DNA of 63,143 nucleotides, filler included, from Reticulomyxa filosa (lineage: Eukaryota > Protista > Foraminifera): assembly GCA_000512085.1 (NCBI GenBank). It is 9 parts of 9 records of this genome, joined end to end, with 100 filler letters (N's around TTAATTAATTAA, not from the genome) between each part and the next. Parts side by side here need not be neighbours in the genome. Positions count along the whole stretch, not along the records: positions 1 to 22,113 come from ASPP01027628.1; 8 more parts are not named here. One strand, written 5' to 3'. The position numbers were made by a program, and so were the translations under genes. The notes under the pieces were generated by a model. It made no database searches, was not told the DNA's origin, and saw only the letters and a list, made by a program, of their open reading frames with translations. Below, one piece after another: positions 1-14,499 of this stretch; position 1 is the first letter of the stretch, and each line of letters begins with the position of its first letter.

Positions 1-2009
1 AACTGCGTTGAAAATCAATAGAGAAGCTAATTTGGGATGTGAACTAATAAACAATAAGGTATCTTTCAAAAAAAAAAAAAAAGATTTGTTCGGGCTTGTT
101 CGAAGAGGTTGCGATTGACTTTTTAATCTTTGCAACCTTCAATAACACGCCAAAATAAAAAAAGTTTGATTTGGTCGCGTGGAAATTTATTTAATATTTG
201 TCAGGCTTAACCCATTGAACTGACACATTTTTGACTTCAAAGGCTTGCTTTTCAAATTGTTTTTTTTTTTTTTTGATTGTTTTTGTCTTGAATAGGAAAA
301 ATGCAAACAATTGAATATGCTTAATTTTTGTTAATTGTTAAAGATAAAGTTGAATAAATTTAATTTTAATTGACTTTTTAAAATTTTGAAAAAATGTTAC
401 TCAAAACCATTATAATTTTTGAACGGAAGTTACTTCTCAAAATTCTTTTTTTGCTGTCGTTGTGGCAAAACAAAAAAATCCTTTATATCATCCACTGCCA
501 ATTGCAAGTTTGCAATAACTTAAAAAACTTTCAGTAGTGATAGTAATGTCAACTGATGTAAAACAAACTACGTGCTTGATTTTTTTACTTGGTTTAATTT
601 AGTTAATTGTTAAACAAAATGAAATTTTTTTAAAATTTTGGTTGAAAAAAGATCGAATCCAATGCAAATTTTGAATGTAATGTCTGTACTTCAAATCATT
701 TATTTGGTTGTCAATAGCATTTGTCTTGCGATATACTTTGGCCAAATCTTTGCACACATATGAATATTATCATGGATTTGGATTGTATTTATATCATTTT
801 TTTTAAAATCGCTCTTATTGTGAATGTGACAATGAAACCAACACAAGTATATGCTGAAGTGTCAGCTTAAGTTTTTAACTTTTTTCTTAATGCCAGGAAT
901 AATTCTTAAGGAAAGATGGTCGAATGCCTGAAAGCACGAAAGATGAAAATTACTTTTCAATTGCTAGAAGACAAAAAGCTAAACTTAGTTAACAAGTACA
1001 TGGACATTTCTTTGAATAAAGAAAAAAACGACAGCACAACTGATCAAATTGACAATGACGATAACCTTATAGGAATAGTGAGGAGACTAAGTGTAATACG
1101 AAAGGAAACTTAGTTCCGAAAAGTAATTTCAGGAAAAAGAAAGTAAATTAACGAAAATAATTACAACACAATGAAAGGAAACAACTAAAGAACTAGACAA
1201 AGTGAGTTGTGTTGTTAAGAAGGTTTAACCCAAAGTTACTTTATTTACCCTACAACCCGATTGATATCTGTCTTGGAATAGAAATTAAAAAATTATTAGG
1301 ACATTTAAAAATGTATTAAACGCACAATTTTCACAAATACAAATTGACAACATATTTGACAATAAGTTTGTCAAGTTTATTGAAATAATGTGAAAATACA
1401 GCGTATAAAATTATAAACAAGATAAATCAAATGTATTGAATGGATGAGTTTATCTTGGTGATAATATTGAAAAATCACTGTAAATTTGTTACACTTTTTC
1501 GTCTAACAATCAAATCATTTGACTATGTCATCATTCTGTCATGCAAAATATGTTATCACAAAACCAAAAATCAATTTTTTTTTTAAAGATAAAATATTTT
1601 GTAAAGATTCAAAAAAAATAAGAAATGTGATTCATATTAGCAGGACCATTATGATGAAATATTTAAAAAATATGTATATGTCAAATGACTAAAAAAATGA
1701 AAAGATTGATTGTTTAGTTTTTGGTTGAAGAAAATTTGCTTTAAAATTGTGACTACAGTATTCATGAAAGAGCAACATCGAATTTATAGAACAGATTAAC
1801 AAATATATTTATACGCTTTGATAATGCAAAAACTATACAATTTACATTTTTTTTCCAATGATACACGATTGTGCAACGTCAAACTGTCCCCAAAATTACA
1901 AAAAAAAATACTAAATTTCATTCTTCATTTAAAAATAAGACTAGGATATTATTTGCTAAAAATATTTTTCAGTTCACATTATCAAAGACAGCTTCAAGCG
2001 GTCAAAAGA

Positions 2010-3382
2010 ATGACAACTCTTGAAAATAAGAAACAAACTTCAACACAACTAGTAGTGGTAATATTTATTTTCAAGTTTTCAGAAGTTAGTTGTCTTCAGG
2101 TTTTACTTGTTATTTTGTTGTATGTAACAGTCAAAACAAGAAGAGATTCAAATAATTATTCAATATTGGATTCGGAGATTAAAGATTAAATTAGGTTGGA
2201 TCAACGATTTTAACAAACTAGTCACCAATTATGTTATGTTCTTTTTATTAATATATTTTTCATGTTGTAATTATTATATATAATCATAATTTAAAATAGG
2301 CAACTACTGCTTTCATAATTGATTCATTCCGTTCATCATCCAAGTTACTTAATACATTTACTGGACACGCAGGTTATGTGCGAAGTATTGATTATTCAAC
2401 ACTTGGTGATAATCAATTTATTTGTTCTGGATCAAGTGACAGCACAATTCGTATATGGGATGTTGACAACAACAAACAAATTCAATCATTTAATGAACAT
2501 TCAGATGATGTACGTTGTGTAAAATTTTCACAATATTATTATCATAATAATCGTCAAGATGTCATTTGTTCTTCATCACTTGACAGCACTATTCGTTTTT
2601 GGAATATTAAAAATAATCGGCAATTACAAATATTTGATAAACATAATTATGGTGTTTATGGTATTGAATTTTCATCATTTAATGGTGGTAGATATTTATG
2701 TTCTGGATCTGCCGATGATACTATTCGTTTATGGGATATTAAAACATCAAATTCATTGCATGTTTTCAATGCACACACAAATGTTGTTTGTTGTGTTGAT
2801 ATTTCACCATTACAAAGCAATAATAACAAAAATGATAATAAAAGTAATAATATTGGTATAATTGGTGGTAATGGATATACTATTTGTTCTGGATCATTTG
2901 ATAAAACTATTCGAATATGGGATATTGAAACAACAAAACAATTAATTACATTCAATAGACATAATAATTATGTCAGAAGTGTAAAATATGGATTAAATGA
3001 ATTAGTAAATACAATTTTATCTGGATCAGATGATGAAAGTATTCGTTTATGGGATATTCGATCTGGTAAACAAATTCAAATGTTCAATGGACACGAACTT
3101 CCTGTGTATGATGTTGAATATTCACCATTTGTAATAGAGAATGATAGTAATTTAAATGTAATATGTTCTGCATCATATGATAATACAGTTCGTTTTTGGG
3201 ATATTCGATCAAATAAAAATGAATTATATATGATTAATGGAGATAAAGAAGAAGATGGAATATTATGTTTAAAATTTATAAAATTGAAAAAGAAAAGAAA
3301 TAATAAAAAAAAATTAAGTAATTATTGTAATATTAATTTATGTTATGGTTCATCAAATGGATTAATTCGTGTTTGGGGATGA
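2010..3382 (+). CDS. WD40-repeat protein of a lineage-expanded family (3 exons)
   Basis: ATG at 2010 (MTTLENKKQTSTQL), exon 2 'SKQEEIQIIIQYWIRRLKIKLGWINDFNKLVTNY', exon 3 from ~2300 with about seven GH..WD repeats (ORF 2378..3382). Confidence 0.9.
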
Positions 3383-3520
3383 TAAATAAATGAATGAAGT
3401 TGTATTTTAAATTTTTTTAATTCATTTTTGCATCATAATAAAAAAAAAAAGTAAAACAATTATGTATTCATCATTGATCTCTTGAAATATGATAATTAAA
3501 ACAAATTTTTATTTATATAT

Positions 3521-5861
3521 TCATCCAAAAACATAAATTAAACCTTTAGTTGAACCATAACACAAATTAACACAAATATCATTATTTAATTTTTTTTCTA
3601 TAAATTTAAAACATATTACTTGTTCATCTGATTTCATTACATATAATTCATTCTTATTTGATCGAATATCCCAAAAACGAATTGTTTTATCAGTTGATCC
3701 AGAACATATCACATTTGAATTATTATTTATTATAAATGGTGAATATTCAACAGACCATACAATATTTTTATGTCCATTAAATATTTCAATTTGTTTATTA
3801 GATCGAATATCCCATAAACGAACACTTTTATCATTTGATCCAGATAATATTATATTTACTAATTCATTTAATCCATATTTTACACATCTAATTGCATCTT
3901 CATGTCCATTAAATGTAATTAATTGTTTTGTTGTTTCAATATCCCATATTCGAATAGTTTTATCAAATGATCCAGAACAAATAGTATATCCATTACCACC
4001 AATTAAACCAATATTATTACTTTTATTATCATTTTTGTTATTATTGTTTTTCAATGGTGAAATATCAACACAACAAGCCCAATTTTCATGTCCATTAAAA
4101 ATATGTAATGATTTTGATGTTTCAATATCCCATAAACGAATTGTTTTATCATATGATCCAGAACATAAATATCTACCACTATTAAATGATGAAAATTCAA
4201 TACTACAAACATCATTAGTATGTCTATTGAATATTTGTAATTTTTTATTATGTTTAAAATCCCAAAAACGGATTGTATCATCACCTGATGAAGAACAAAT
4301 TACATTTTGAGATAATTATAATAATGATATTGTGAAAATTTTACACAATATACATGATCTGAATGTCCATTAAATGATTGAATTTGTTTATTATTATTAA
4401 AATTCCATACACCAACTGTTTTATCATTTGATCCAGAACAAATAAATTGACAATCATTAAATGTTGAATAATCAATACTTCGTACAATATTGGTATGTCC
4501 TATAAATGTATTAATTAATTTTGATGATGAACAAAATAAATCAAAATTGAATGTCGATGATATATTATTATAGTAATTTTCTTTTTTATCTTCGTCAAGT
4601 TTAATATTTATTTGATGATTATTTTTTGATTTAATTTCTTTTTTTAATTGTTCAATTTCATTTAATCGATTGTCCTTGATTTAATGTAATAGATTATTTG
4701 TTTATATTTTTAAAATAGAAATAAAGATATAATAAACATACTAATTGTTGTTTTAAGATTTGATTTGTATTATTTATTTTTAAAATTTCTTCATTTTGTT
4801 TCATTTCATTTAATTCTTTTTCTGATTTCAAATGTTTAATTTCTTCCTATATTTTTTAGATTATTTTAAATTTGTCAATCCATATATTGACAAATAGTCT
4901 TTTAAAAATAGAAAATATTTACATTAAGTTTTGTGCAAGTGTCAAATACATTTTGATATTGTTCAATTTTTTTTTTGAGTTGAGTAATAGTTTGATTTGT
5001 TTCTAATTTCAATTGTTGGATGTTATTTGTCATCTCAGTTATTTGTTCATCCTTTTTTACATATTCATTTTGTAAAGAATTTATTCTTTTCTATTATATA
5101 TTTCAACAATTCAATTAATAATGAATTAAGAACAAATAAATATTTAAATTTAAATATAACTTTATACATTAAGTTGTTGAATTTCTGTATTACTTTTCAA
5201 ATACATTTCTTGTAATTTTTCCTTTTTTTTTTTGTATTATTTTCCTTTTGTTTTTAAATTCCAAATATTCCAAAAAAAAAAAAAAAAACAATGACAAAAC
5301 TGTTTGTAATTTTTCATTTTGCAATTGTGATTGCAACTCTTTGATAAATGAAATGATTTGTTGAATCGATATTAATTGACATGACTTGTCTAAATGATCT
5401 TTCATTTCCTTTATTTTTCCTTTATAATTACATTCGTCTTTTTCTTTTTCTTTTTCTTTTTCTCCTGATATTGTCCCTTTTTTCAATTGTTTCTTTTTTA
5501 AATCATATTGTCTAGGACATATTACCAATAATTCTGAAATTTGTTGTCTTATAACCTTACTTTTCGAAAATTCACAATGTTCATGTTGTTGAATTGGGCA
5601 TTTTCCATTATTTTGTTTCAAATACATTTGTAGGCATTCTTCTCCGATCAAATGTGCTTGTTCTATATTCTCATGCTCATCACATTGTAATTCTACTGCA
5701 TTATTTGCAATTTGTTTGCAAACACAGCAGATTAACGAATTTAATTTTTGTGGTTTATTAGTTAACAATATCCAGTCTTTGTTATAACAGCCAAAACTGG
5801 AAAATGTTTCTTTTTCGTTTTCTGAATTTTTTTCGTCTCTTTCAACTTTCAAGTCCAACAT
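3521..5861 (-). pseudogene. TRAF/zinc-finger-like N-terminus + coiled coil + WD40 propeller gene, frameshifted near 4310
   Basis: ORF 5190..5861 has Cys/His motifs (LICCVCKQIANNAVELQC, CPIQQHEHC, CNYKGKIKEMKDHLDKSC); coiled-coil exons at ~4560-4930 lead into WD40 repeats; 'YHYYNY-[R]-QNVICSSS' lacks one base at 4310/4311, giving a premature TAA. Confidence 0.75.
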
Positions 5862-6599
5862 TTATCCTTTCTTTATGATAAAAAAAAAGTCGTGCTTAAA
5901 AAAGAAGAGCCTTGAAAATTTACTTTACGAAAGGATTGTTAACTTTTAACTTGTTTTGTTTTTAGAAAGATTTTAATAATTTTTTTTTGTTATTATGTTC
6001 AATAAATTGATTTATTTAATTTTTAATTGCTAAATGTTTAAAGATAAAAGTTGGATAAATTAATTTTAATTTTTTGAAAAAGAAACATGATATAATAACC
6101 TCAACTAAATCAAAATTTATTTTGAAAGAAACAAAAAGGATCTTTAAAAGTTGTCAATAAATCTTATATCCTTGTGCCTGCAGTTAAATAATGAATTTTA
6201 AAAAATATTACCAAAAAAGCATTATGGTATTTTTTGTAGTACATTAGTTTGCACAAAATCCCTTTTCTTCCTTATCAAGAGGTTTTTCATGCAAAGATTT
6301 TTCCTTACTTTTGTTATCTCAGTAGTCTATCTCTCAGCGTCTATATTCAGACTTGCAGTTTATCTTATAAACTCTTTTTTAGCTAAAGAATCTTTTGAAA
6401 AAAAAATAGCTTTTACATTATAAGAAATTCTTTCAACACTATCCATTTTCTCATTTTTTTTTCTGCAGCTGTTGATCTATTATCTTTGTAGTATGAGTAG
6501 AAATATCATAACTCATTCAAAAAAAAAATTAACAGCAAATTTGTCGTTTATTATTAGTTCAATGTGATACTTCACTAAGAATGAAAACTTGTCCTAATC

Positions 6600-7680
6600 G
6601 AATTTATGTCAAAGAAATTTGACAAGTATCAATTGAACTGACATAAATCAGAAAATGAGTTATATTATATGTTTATGCAGTTCAAAAGTGTCGTCATTAT
6701 TTATTACCACATAAATTTACTGCATATACAGATCATAAAATTTGGTATCGCTATTCGAAGTGCGTAATAAGCAAGTAAATAATAGAATGTCGATGTTTGT
6801 ACTATTGTTAAGTGAGTTTTCCTTTGAAGTACGTTATTTTCTATGCTAATCTAATATTATTGCAGACTTTTTATCACGTAATCATGATGTATTTGCGAAA
6901 TCAGAACAGTTATTGGTAGTTACTCGTTATCAAAATCAAATAACAAAAATAAAAAGAAAGTCATCTTAAAGCATTTGAGCTATCACGTGAAATAAGAGAT
7001 TTCGGTCAATTATTCAACTCAAAAATCTTTCTAGAAGCTCATGAACATGACAACGAAATAAAAAATATAAAAATGAAACTGACAGAATTAAAAAACGACA
7101 ACATAGATCTTCATTCGAGTTAGTACTCATCATTTAATAAGAATGAGCTGTCAATAGACAAGCGAAATTTACTAACACTTACATGAAAAGTAGTATTACC
7201 TGGTATGTTGAAGCATTACATACTTGTTTATTTTCATTCACATGCATTATTATAACATCCCTGTTCAAAAAGAATATTAACATTAATTAAAAAAAGATTG
7301 TACTAATCAGAAATGAACAAAGACTTGAAAAAATTTTGCAAAGAATGTTTCACCTGTCAAGTGACAAAAGGAATAGTCGATCCAAAGTCTGTCGATCAAT
7401 ATTTCTAAGCAACAAGACTATTCCAAATTGTGATTATGTACATAGTTTGTCCATTACCTGAAACAGATTATAGTTATCGGTTCGTTATGACAATAATAGA
7501 TCGCTTCACGAGATATGTTGCAGCAATTCCCCTGAAAAGTCAATCAGCCAAAGACATATCACTTACACTTGTAAATGAATGCATATTCAAACATTGTGTC
7601 CCTGAAACAGTGTTGTCAGATAATGTAGTATAATTTCGAGGAAGCATTGCAAATCAATTCATTACTCTACCGTGGAAAAG
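6600..7680 (+). mobile_element. Decayed Ty3/Gypsy pol remnant (RNase H-like + integrase)
   Basis: Interrupted frames give 'AYTDHK', 'LLLSEFSFEVRY', 'NIIADFLSR', zinc-finger 'CKECFTCQVTKG' and rve core 'RFVMTIIDRFTRYVAAIPLK..IFKHCVPETVLSDN'; many stops. Confidence 0.8.
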
Positions 7681-8810
7681 GTATATCGTCGAATAAAATT
7701 TCATTTCTGAACATAACTAAAGTTATTAAAAACAAAATTGTCAAATATGTTCTTGTTCATGTACAGTGGTCAACATATAATATTCGAAATTTGGAATTAT
7801 ACAAGTTTTATGAAATAAAATAATAACTTTCATTGAAACAATAAATTAGATTATACGTGATCGACATGTGTTGTTATAATTTAAAAAACTTAACCAACAA
7901 CACAATCAACAAGAAATGTTGATATAAATTTTAAAAAATGCATAACCATTGCTGTACATAAGCTATAACAAATATTATCATCAACAACCAAACAAATGTT
8001 TATGATACGCAAGAAGAAAATACAAACATACAGTGGTTTATTTGTATATTTATCACTTGTCAAAATAGACAGTTTTTCAACAATGTTTCGTACTTATTGT
8101 TGTCAAATAACTTTTTGAAGCCTTATTATTACTTCACACTTGACAAATTTGTAGAACTTGTTTTTGCTTGCCTTTCAAAATTAAAAAGGAAAATAAAGAT
8201 ATATGAAGGATAAAAAAATTTTAAAAAATGCAACTACACCCTTTTTGAACGTCTTTTCAGTTGTCATATTTTTTTACATTACCTTTCGAAAGAATTGCAG
8301 TTTTTACTTTTTTTGTATTTGATGTTGGTTCTGAATGAATTGACAAAAATTGATGGAACATGGATTGAGTTTGAAGACGAGAAAATTGAAAAACTGACTG
8401 AAGCAGCAAAGTGCTCCGACACAAAAAAAAACTTTTTTACTATTTGAATCTTGCACTTGTTGTCCCTTTTTTCCTTTTCTAAAGCGACTAGTGTTTTACA
8501 AAACAATAAAAATTTAAAAAATAGATCAGGCAAATATTGTATGATATTTGTTTAAATGGAACTTGCTTCTTTTCTTAATACCAAAAAATTGTGAAGAAAC
8601 CAGTTCATAAAGTCAAAAGAGAAACAAACTGGAACAATCTTTTTAGTAAATATTGTTTTTTTAAAGAATGAGATTATTTGCAATTTGATTGCATTGAATC
8701 GTTTAGATATAAAGACAATTAAAATTAATTTAGCAATAGCAACTAATCGTCGAGAGATTGTTTTTTGACAACAAAAATACAGTTAATGCAAAAAAAAAAG
8801 AGTGATTATT

Positions 8811-9805
8811 TTAAGTAAGCTGATTCGTTGGTATAACTTCAATCTCACGAATACATACCCTCTCGGGTAATTTGTAAGCATACAGACAAGCACTGGCAAT
8901 GTCCTCTGGCTGTAGTATTCCATTAGGCATACTTTGTTGTGCTTCCTCTACAATGGCCTGTTCTTTTCTTCCTTTGTTCGGTTTAAATATTTCAGTCTTT
9001 TTTTTTTGTTTATTGATAAATTTGTATTTTATTTATACATTTCTACATAACCACAAAATGAAATAATAGCCCGATTTAACTTCGACGAATCCTGGAAAAA
9101 CAGTGATGACTCTGACTCCACAAGTGCCAGCCTCTGCTCGAAGTCCTTCACTGATTGCTCGAATCGCAAATTTGGTTGCACAGTACACAGTCAAGATTTC
9201 ATAAACATGCTTCCCTGCAATAGATGAGATATTGATTATCGTCCCGTGTTTGCGCTCCTTCATTCCTTTCAATACGCTTTTTATCCCATGCAACGTACCA
9301 AATACCTATTTTCCCATTCAAAGTTACAAAGTAGCAAAGGATACACAAAAGAAAAATTTTACATAAAAAAAAAAAGTACTAAACATTGACTTGTATCATT
9401 GCATTCCATTCTTCCATTTCTTGTGTATCCTTTTATTATTAACACTCTTTTTTTTTTGTTTATCTTCGATCGACTAAAAAAAAAAAAAAACAGAGGTACA
9501 CATACAATTTGTCCAAGGAAAGAGACTCCAGCATTGTTGATTAAACAATCACAAGGACCATACATCTTTTCTGCATCTTCCAATACTGCTTGCATTTCAT
9601 CATATTTGGTCACATCCACTTTTTTAATGAGGATATTTTTCATTTCACCAAATTGCTTCTCCATTTTTTCCAATCTACGAGCCAACAGCAGCAAAGGATG
9701 CCCCTCTTTGTAAAAGTATCTTGCACACGCTTCTCCAATACCAGAAGAAGCACCGGTAATCACAATCAAGGGTTTTTTGATTTTTTCTTCAGATTGTCCA
9801 CTCAT
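8811..9805 (-). CDS. Short-chain dehydrogenase/reductase (classical SDR, YdfG-like), 4 exons
   Basis: TGASSGIG Rossmann motif, INNAG, NISS, catalytic YCATK, PGFV; last exon ends 'LPERVCIREIEVIPTNQLT*' at 8811. Confidence 0.9.
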
Positions 9806-11562
9806 GGCTAAGGAGATTTTAATCAACAATCAAAATAGTCAGTTAAGAGAAGTTGTTTTGATAACAAAGGGGGTTTTTTTTGCATACAAGGTTCGCAATA
9901 GTTTTGTTGCGTATTGTGTTGAGATTAATAATAATATTACTTTTGTAATTTTACATATTAAAAGTCTTTGATTTATTTTATCAAATCAATTAAAATTGAT
10001 AGCTGTAAGGGGTAGCGTAGTTCCATTTTTTTATTTTCGCAGACTTAATGTTTGTGTTCTAACAACAAAGTATAGAGTCTTGGTCCCTGTTGACTTGTGA
10101 GAAAATATGAAAACACTTTCTCGTGGCTGCAAATGAAGTTTTGAGCTTTTTTTTGTTGTTATTCGACTCGACGTCAGTTAATTTATGAAATTTGCGGAAA
10201 AAAATGTTATTGTGACATGTTCACACAACATATGACAATCTTTTGCGCAAACAACTGTTGTGTGATTTATTTTAATAGCAACGAGCCCAAAATAATTGTA
10301 ATCCTTCACCAAGAATTTTTTTTTAATGAATAAGCATTGTTTTTCTCTTTGTTGCGTAAAATCGGAATAAATTATTGTTATTTTTTTCATTACATTTAAA
10401 CAACCACTACATTTGTTTGAATGGTGCCAATTGTGATCACTTAATGGCAATCACTACAAATAAAAACTTTTTTCCAAAAGCTAATATTTTCTTATAGCTA
10501 TCAGTGCATTCACTTCAAGGAGCAACAACAAATATTGCACGCATAATTACAAAAATACAAAAAGCTATCCGGATGAGTTAACAAAAGGAATTCATTTCCA
10601 AAGAATTTTCTGATAGAATTCCTCTTTGAATTAATCCAACTTGGTTCAAAACTTTTGGATTCGTCACTTGATCCACTGTCGCTGGTTTTTCAAGCCTTTT
10701 GTGCCAAGTGAACCAAAAAGTTTTATCCGTCAATATCAAAAAAAAGCACACTCAACAGTTGTTTTCAATTCCAAGTAAAAACTACAATTTCATATGAAAA
10801 TATGACAACGAAATCAGACACCAAAAAGGACGCTCAAAAAAGGGGTAGTTCCTTTTTTTAATTTTTTTTATCTTTCATCTTTTTGTGTTGTCTGTTTTGG
10901 AAGACAAGCAGCTGATGTTTGAATTGTTTTGTGTCAATGTCCCTCAAAATTTAATTGCATGTTTGTTTGCGTGCTAGCAGTTTATTTGTCAAAAAGTATA
11001 AAGACCAAGCCTTGAAGTTTCTGTGCAGCAAAACGTCAGAAATACTATATATACGAAAAAATTTTATTTTTAGAAAATAAAAAATTGACCGATGTAATTC
11101 TGGGTCTGTTAACCGTGCTCTTGTGTGGAAAAAACCTTATTAAGCTTGATCAAAAAAAATTTTTCTGTGTCAAAACGTTTGAAGATGGCGAAGTGATTTT
11201 GTAATAATGCTCTTGTGATGAGTTATTATTGCAAAAAAAAGAAGGGACGTATAAAAATTTTACTAGTTATTACAAATCCTTCTTTCCCCCTCTCCCCCTT
11301 TTTCAAATCAATCAAAATTGCATTATGAGTGCATATCAAAAAAAATTTGTCCATTTGTGCTTTTTTTTGGGCTGGTTTGCGACACGTCATAACAAAAAGT
11401 ATCTTTCTAATCATGCTATCGAATGATTTTAATTTTTTGTTGCATAAGATCCATCTCACATATTCTGTGTATACTTCGTTCTACAAAAATAGAATTGCTT
11501 TTGAAAAATATCGTTCAAACTGCCACTCTTAAAGTTTTTAGACAAAAAAACTACTCCAAATA

Positions 11563-14000
11563 ATGGCCGAAGAGAAAACAAGTTCGCCCGAAATAAACAA
11601 GGAGGAGGCTCTTGAGGCGTGGTTGAAAGGTATTTTTTATTTTTTCTTAAAGAACAAGCGTTTTGCTTACTACTAACTAAAACAAAAAAAAAAAGTGAAA
11701 AAGAATGGCGAATATCCGGCGGCTCATCGTGATGAAAAAAAAGTGGATACGTATAAAAACAGTAAAGACGAAAAAGTGTTGGTAAATGATCCCTATCATT
11801 GGTTGGAAGATCCTGATAGTAAAGAGACACGAGCTTGGGTGAATGAGCAAGTGAAGGTGACAACAGGTTATTTGAACGAATGTGAAAACAAAGAAGCGAT
11901 TCACAAGCGAATAAAAGGAATGATGAATTATCCAAGGATCGGATGTCCAATAAAAAGGGAAGCCATTATTATTATCGACATAACACAGGATTACAAAATC
12001 AGGACTGTGTATATTTTCATCGTAGTGATATATGGAACAATGAAGAAAAGACATTGTTATTGGACCCAAATGAATGGAGTGAAGATGGAACATCTTCTTT
12101 AGGAGGAACATATTCAAGTGACGACGGAGAATTAATGGCATATTCGATCAAGCATAGCGGAAGCGATTGGAATGAATTCAAGATAAAACACATGTTAACA
12201 GGAAAAGATTCAAAAGAGACATTGAAATGGTGTAAATTTACAGGTATATCATGGACCCCAGATAATGCTGGATTTTTTTATTCACGATATGAGCCTCCAC
12301 AGAAACATAAAGAATTGGACCCAAATGGAACTCAAGGTACAGAAACAGAAAAACTATCCAATCAAATGTTATATTATCATGTGGTCGGAACAGAGCAAAG
12401 TGAGGATGTGTTTTTATTGGATGCTCGGTCATGTGGAGATGCAGAATGGTTCATTAGTCCTCACGTATCTGACGATGGAAAATGGCTATTGATTTTCTTG
12501 TCTCCAAATTGTGACCCAGTTAATCGATTGTATTTGGTTAAATTACAAGATTTGGATTTGAAATCTGGTTCAAATCAAAGTAATGCACACTTGACCTTGA
12601 AAAAGGTAATGATCAAATTGATTGACAATTTTGACAATGGTTATCATTATATCACAAATGAACAAAATGTGTTTTATTTTAAAACCGATCACAATGCAGG
12701 TAATTATCGTGTGGTAAGTGTGGATATCACCGATACTCATTCTCCTTTGGTATGGAATGAAATTGTCAGCGAACACAAACGTAATCGGTTGGCTGATGTG
12801 CTATGTGTTCACAAAGATTTGTTGCTACTTAATTATATGGAAGATTGCCAAGATACATTGCAATTGGTTGACTTGACTGGCAAACCCGTTAAACATTCCA
12901 TTGCATTTCCTTCTGCAGGAACTATCGTTTTCACTGGAAGAAAAACCTCCAATGAAGCCTTTTTCCGTTTCACTTCATTCTTGTATCCAGGCATTATTTA
13001 TCTTTATGATTTTCATCACCATTCCATGAAAATCCTTTTTGAAATCAAAGTACCTAATTTTGATGCTTCTCAATTTGTTACTAATCAGGTAAGTATGTGT
13101 TTATTATATATTTATTATTATTATTGCTATTTATTTATTTAAAAAAATAAAATACGCATTTATACGTTTATATTCCTGCAGGTATTCTTTTCCAGCAAAG
13201 ATGGCACCAAAATTCCAATGTTCATATTCCATCCCAAAAAAATAACATTAAATGGTGAAAATCCAACGATATTGTATGGATATGGAGGCTTTGACATTGC
13301 ACTGTTGCCAGACTTTTCTTCTTCGCGTTTGGTTTGGCTACAAAATTTTGGTGGAGTGTATGCCATTGCCAATCTTCGAGGAGGTGGTGAATATGGTGTC
13401 GAATGGCACAAAGCTGGAATCAAACATAAAAAGCAAAATGTGTTTGATGATTTCCAATGTGCTGCTGAATATCTAATTCAACAAAAGTACACTTGTCCAC
13501 GCAAGCTGGCTATTCGAGGTGGCAGTAATGGTGGTTTGTTGGTTGCTGCATGCTGTAATCAAAGGCCAGATTTGTTTGGATGTGCGATTGCTATGGTTGG
13601 GGTTTTAGATATGTTGAAATTTCATCGATTTACTATTGGATATGCTTGGTGCAGTGACTATGGATGTGCAGATGTTTCAAGTGAATTTGATGCACTTTAC
13701 GCTTATTCTCCATTGCACAATATTCCATCTTCTGATGCATGTCCCAACTACCCTGCACTTTTTGGCACTACTGCAGATCATGACGATCGAGTTGTACCTT
13801 TGCACTCCTTCAAGTTCATTGCAGAGTTACAACATAAATTGGGCAACAAAGATAGGAAAAAAACACAAACAAATCCTTTACTTATAAGAATTGAACTCAA
13901 AGCAGGACATGGAGGATCGTCATTGACAAAAGCCATTGAATTGGAAAGGGATATTTATCTCTTTTTACAACGAGAATTGAATGTAGAGTACCGTCCATAA
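11563..14000 (+). CDS. PREP: Prolyl oligopeptidase (family S9A); introns 11630..11695 and 13089..13181; one-base frameshift near 11957
   Basis: [31 protein letters not shown], nucleophile GGSNGG, DHDDRV, KAGHG. Confidence 0.95.
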
Positions 14001-14499
14001 ATCATTTTTTTGTGTGCTGATTTCATCAATTTTCTCGTTCTAAGAAAATCGGCTTGGAAGAAATTTTAAATAAAGGGCATGCTTATAAATATTCTTTCCA
14101 TTTTCATGCAAATGTTAAATTGCAAAATTGACAAACTTTTTTATTGTAACATTGTTATTCGAAACAATTCAAATCTACTGAAAAAAACTTTTAAAATTTG
14201 TACAAAGTACAATACTTATTCCTTTTTGAAACGTAACCAAAGATTGTTTTTTAATCTTAAATGGAAATTCTAAAAGTAGCAGTTTGACTGATTTTCCAAC
14301 AATTTATGTTATTTATGAAAAATCTTGCAATTTTTGATCTTTTCAAAAAAAGATTAGACTTGCGTTTTTCATCTTGCTTTTGACAAAAGCAACCGAAAAT
14401 AAGAAAAAAATACAGTGTCTGATAGCTAACAGAGGAATTAGTTTACAAATTTTTAAAAATTTTTATCTACTTTTAATTTTTTTTTTGCTATGTTAGATA

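Noticed and set aside
916-2009. ORF 916..1113 and the 5' part of ORF 1818..2189
   Set aside because: Short AT-rich frames without motifs; only the part from ATG 2010 matches the WD40 first exon
10583-10630. Imperfect inverted repeat CAAAAGGAATTC..GAATTCCTCTTTG
   Set aside because: Single short occurrence without target-site duplication; expected by chance in AT-rich DNA
11950-11962. Programmed -1 slippery site in PREP
   Set aside because: In-frame heptamer is A_AAA_AGG, not X_XXY_YYZ, and no clear downstream structure; homopolymer error is simpler
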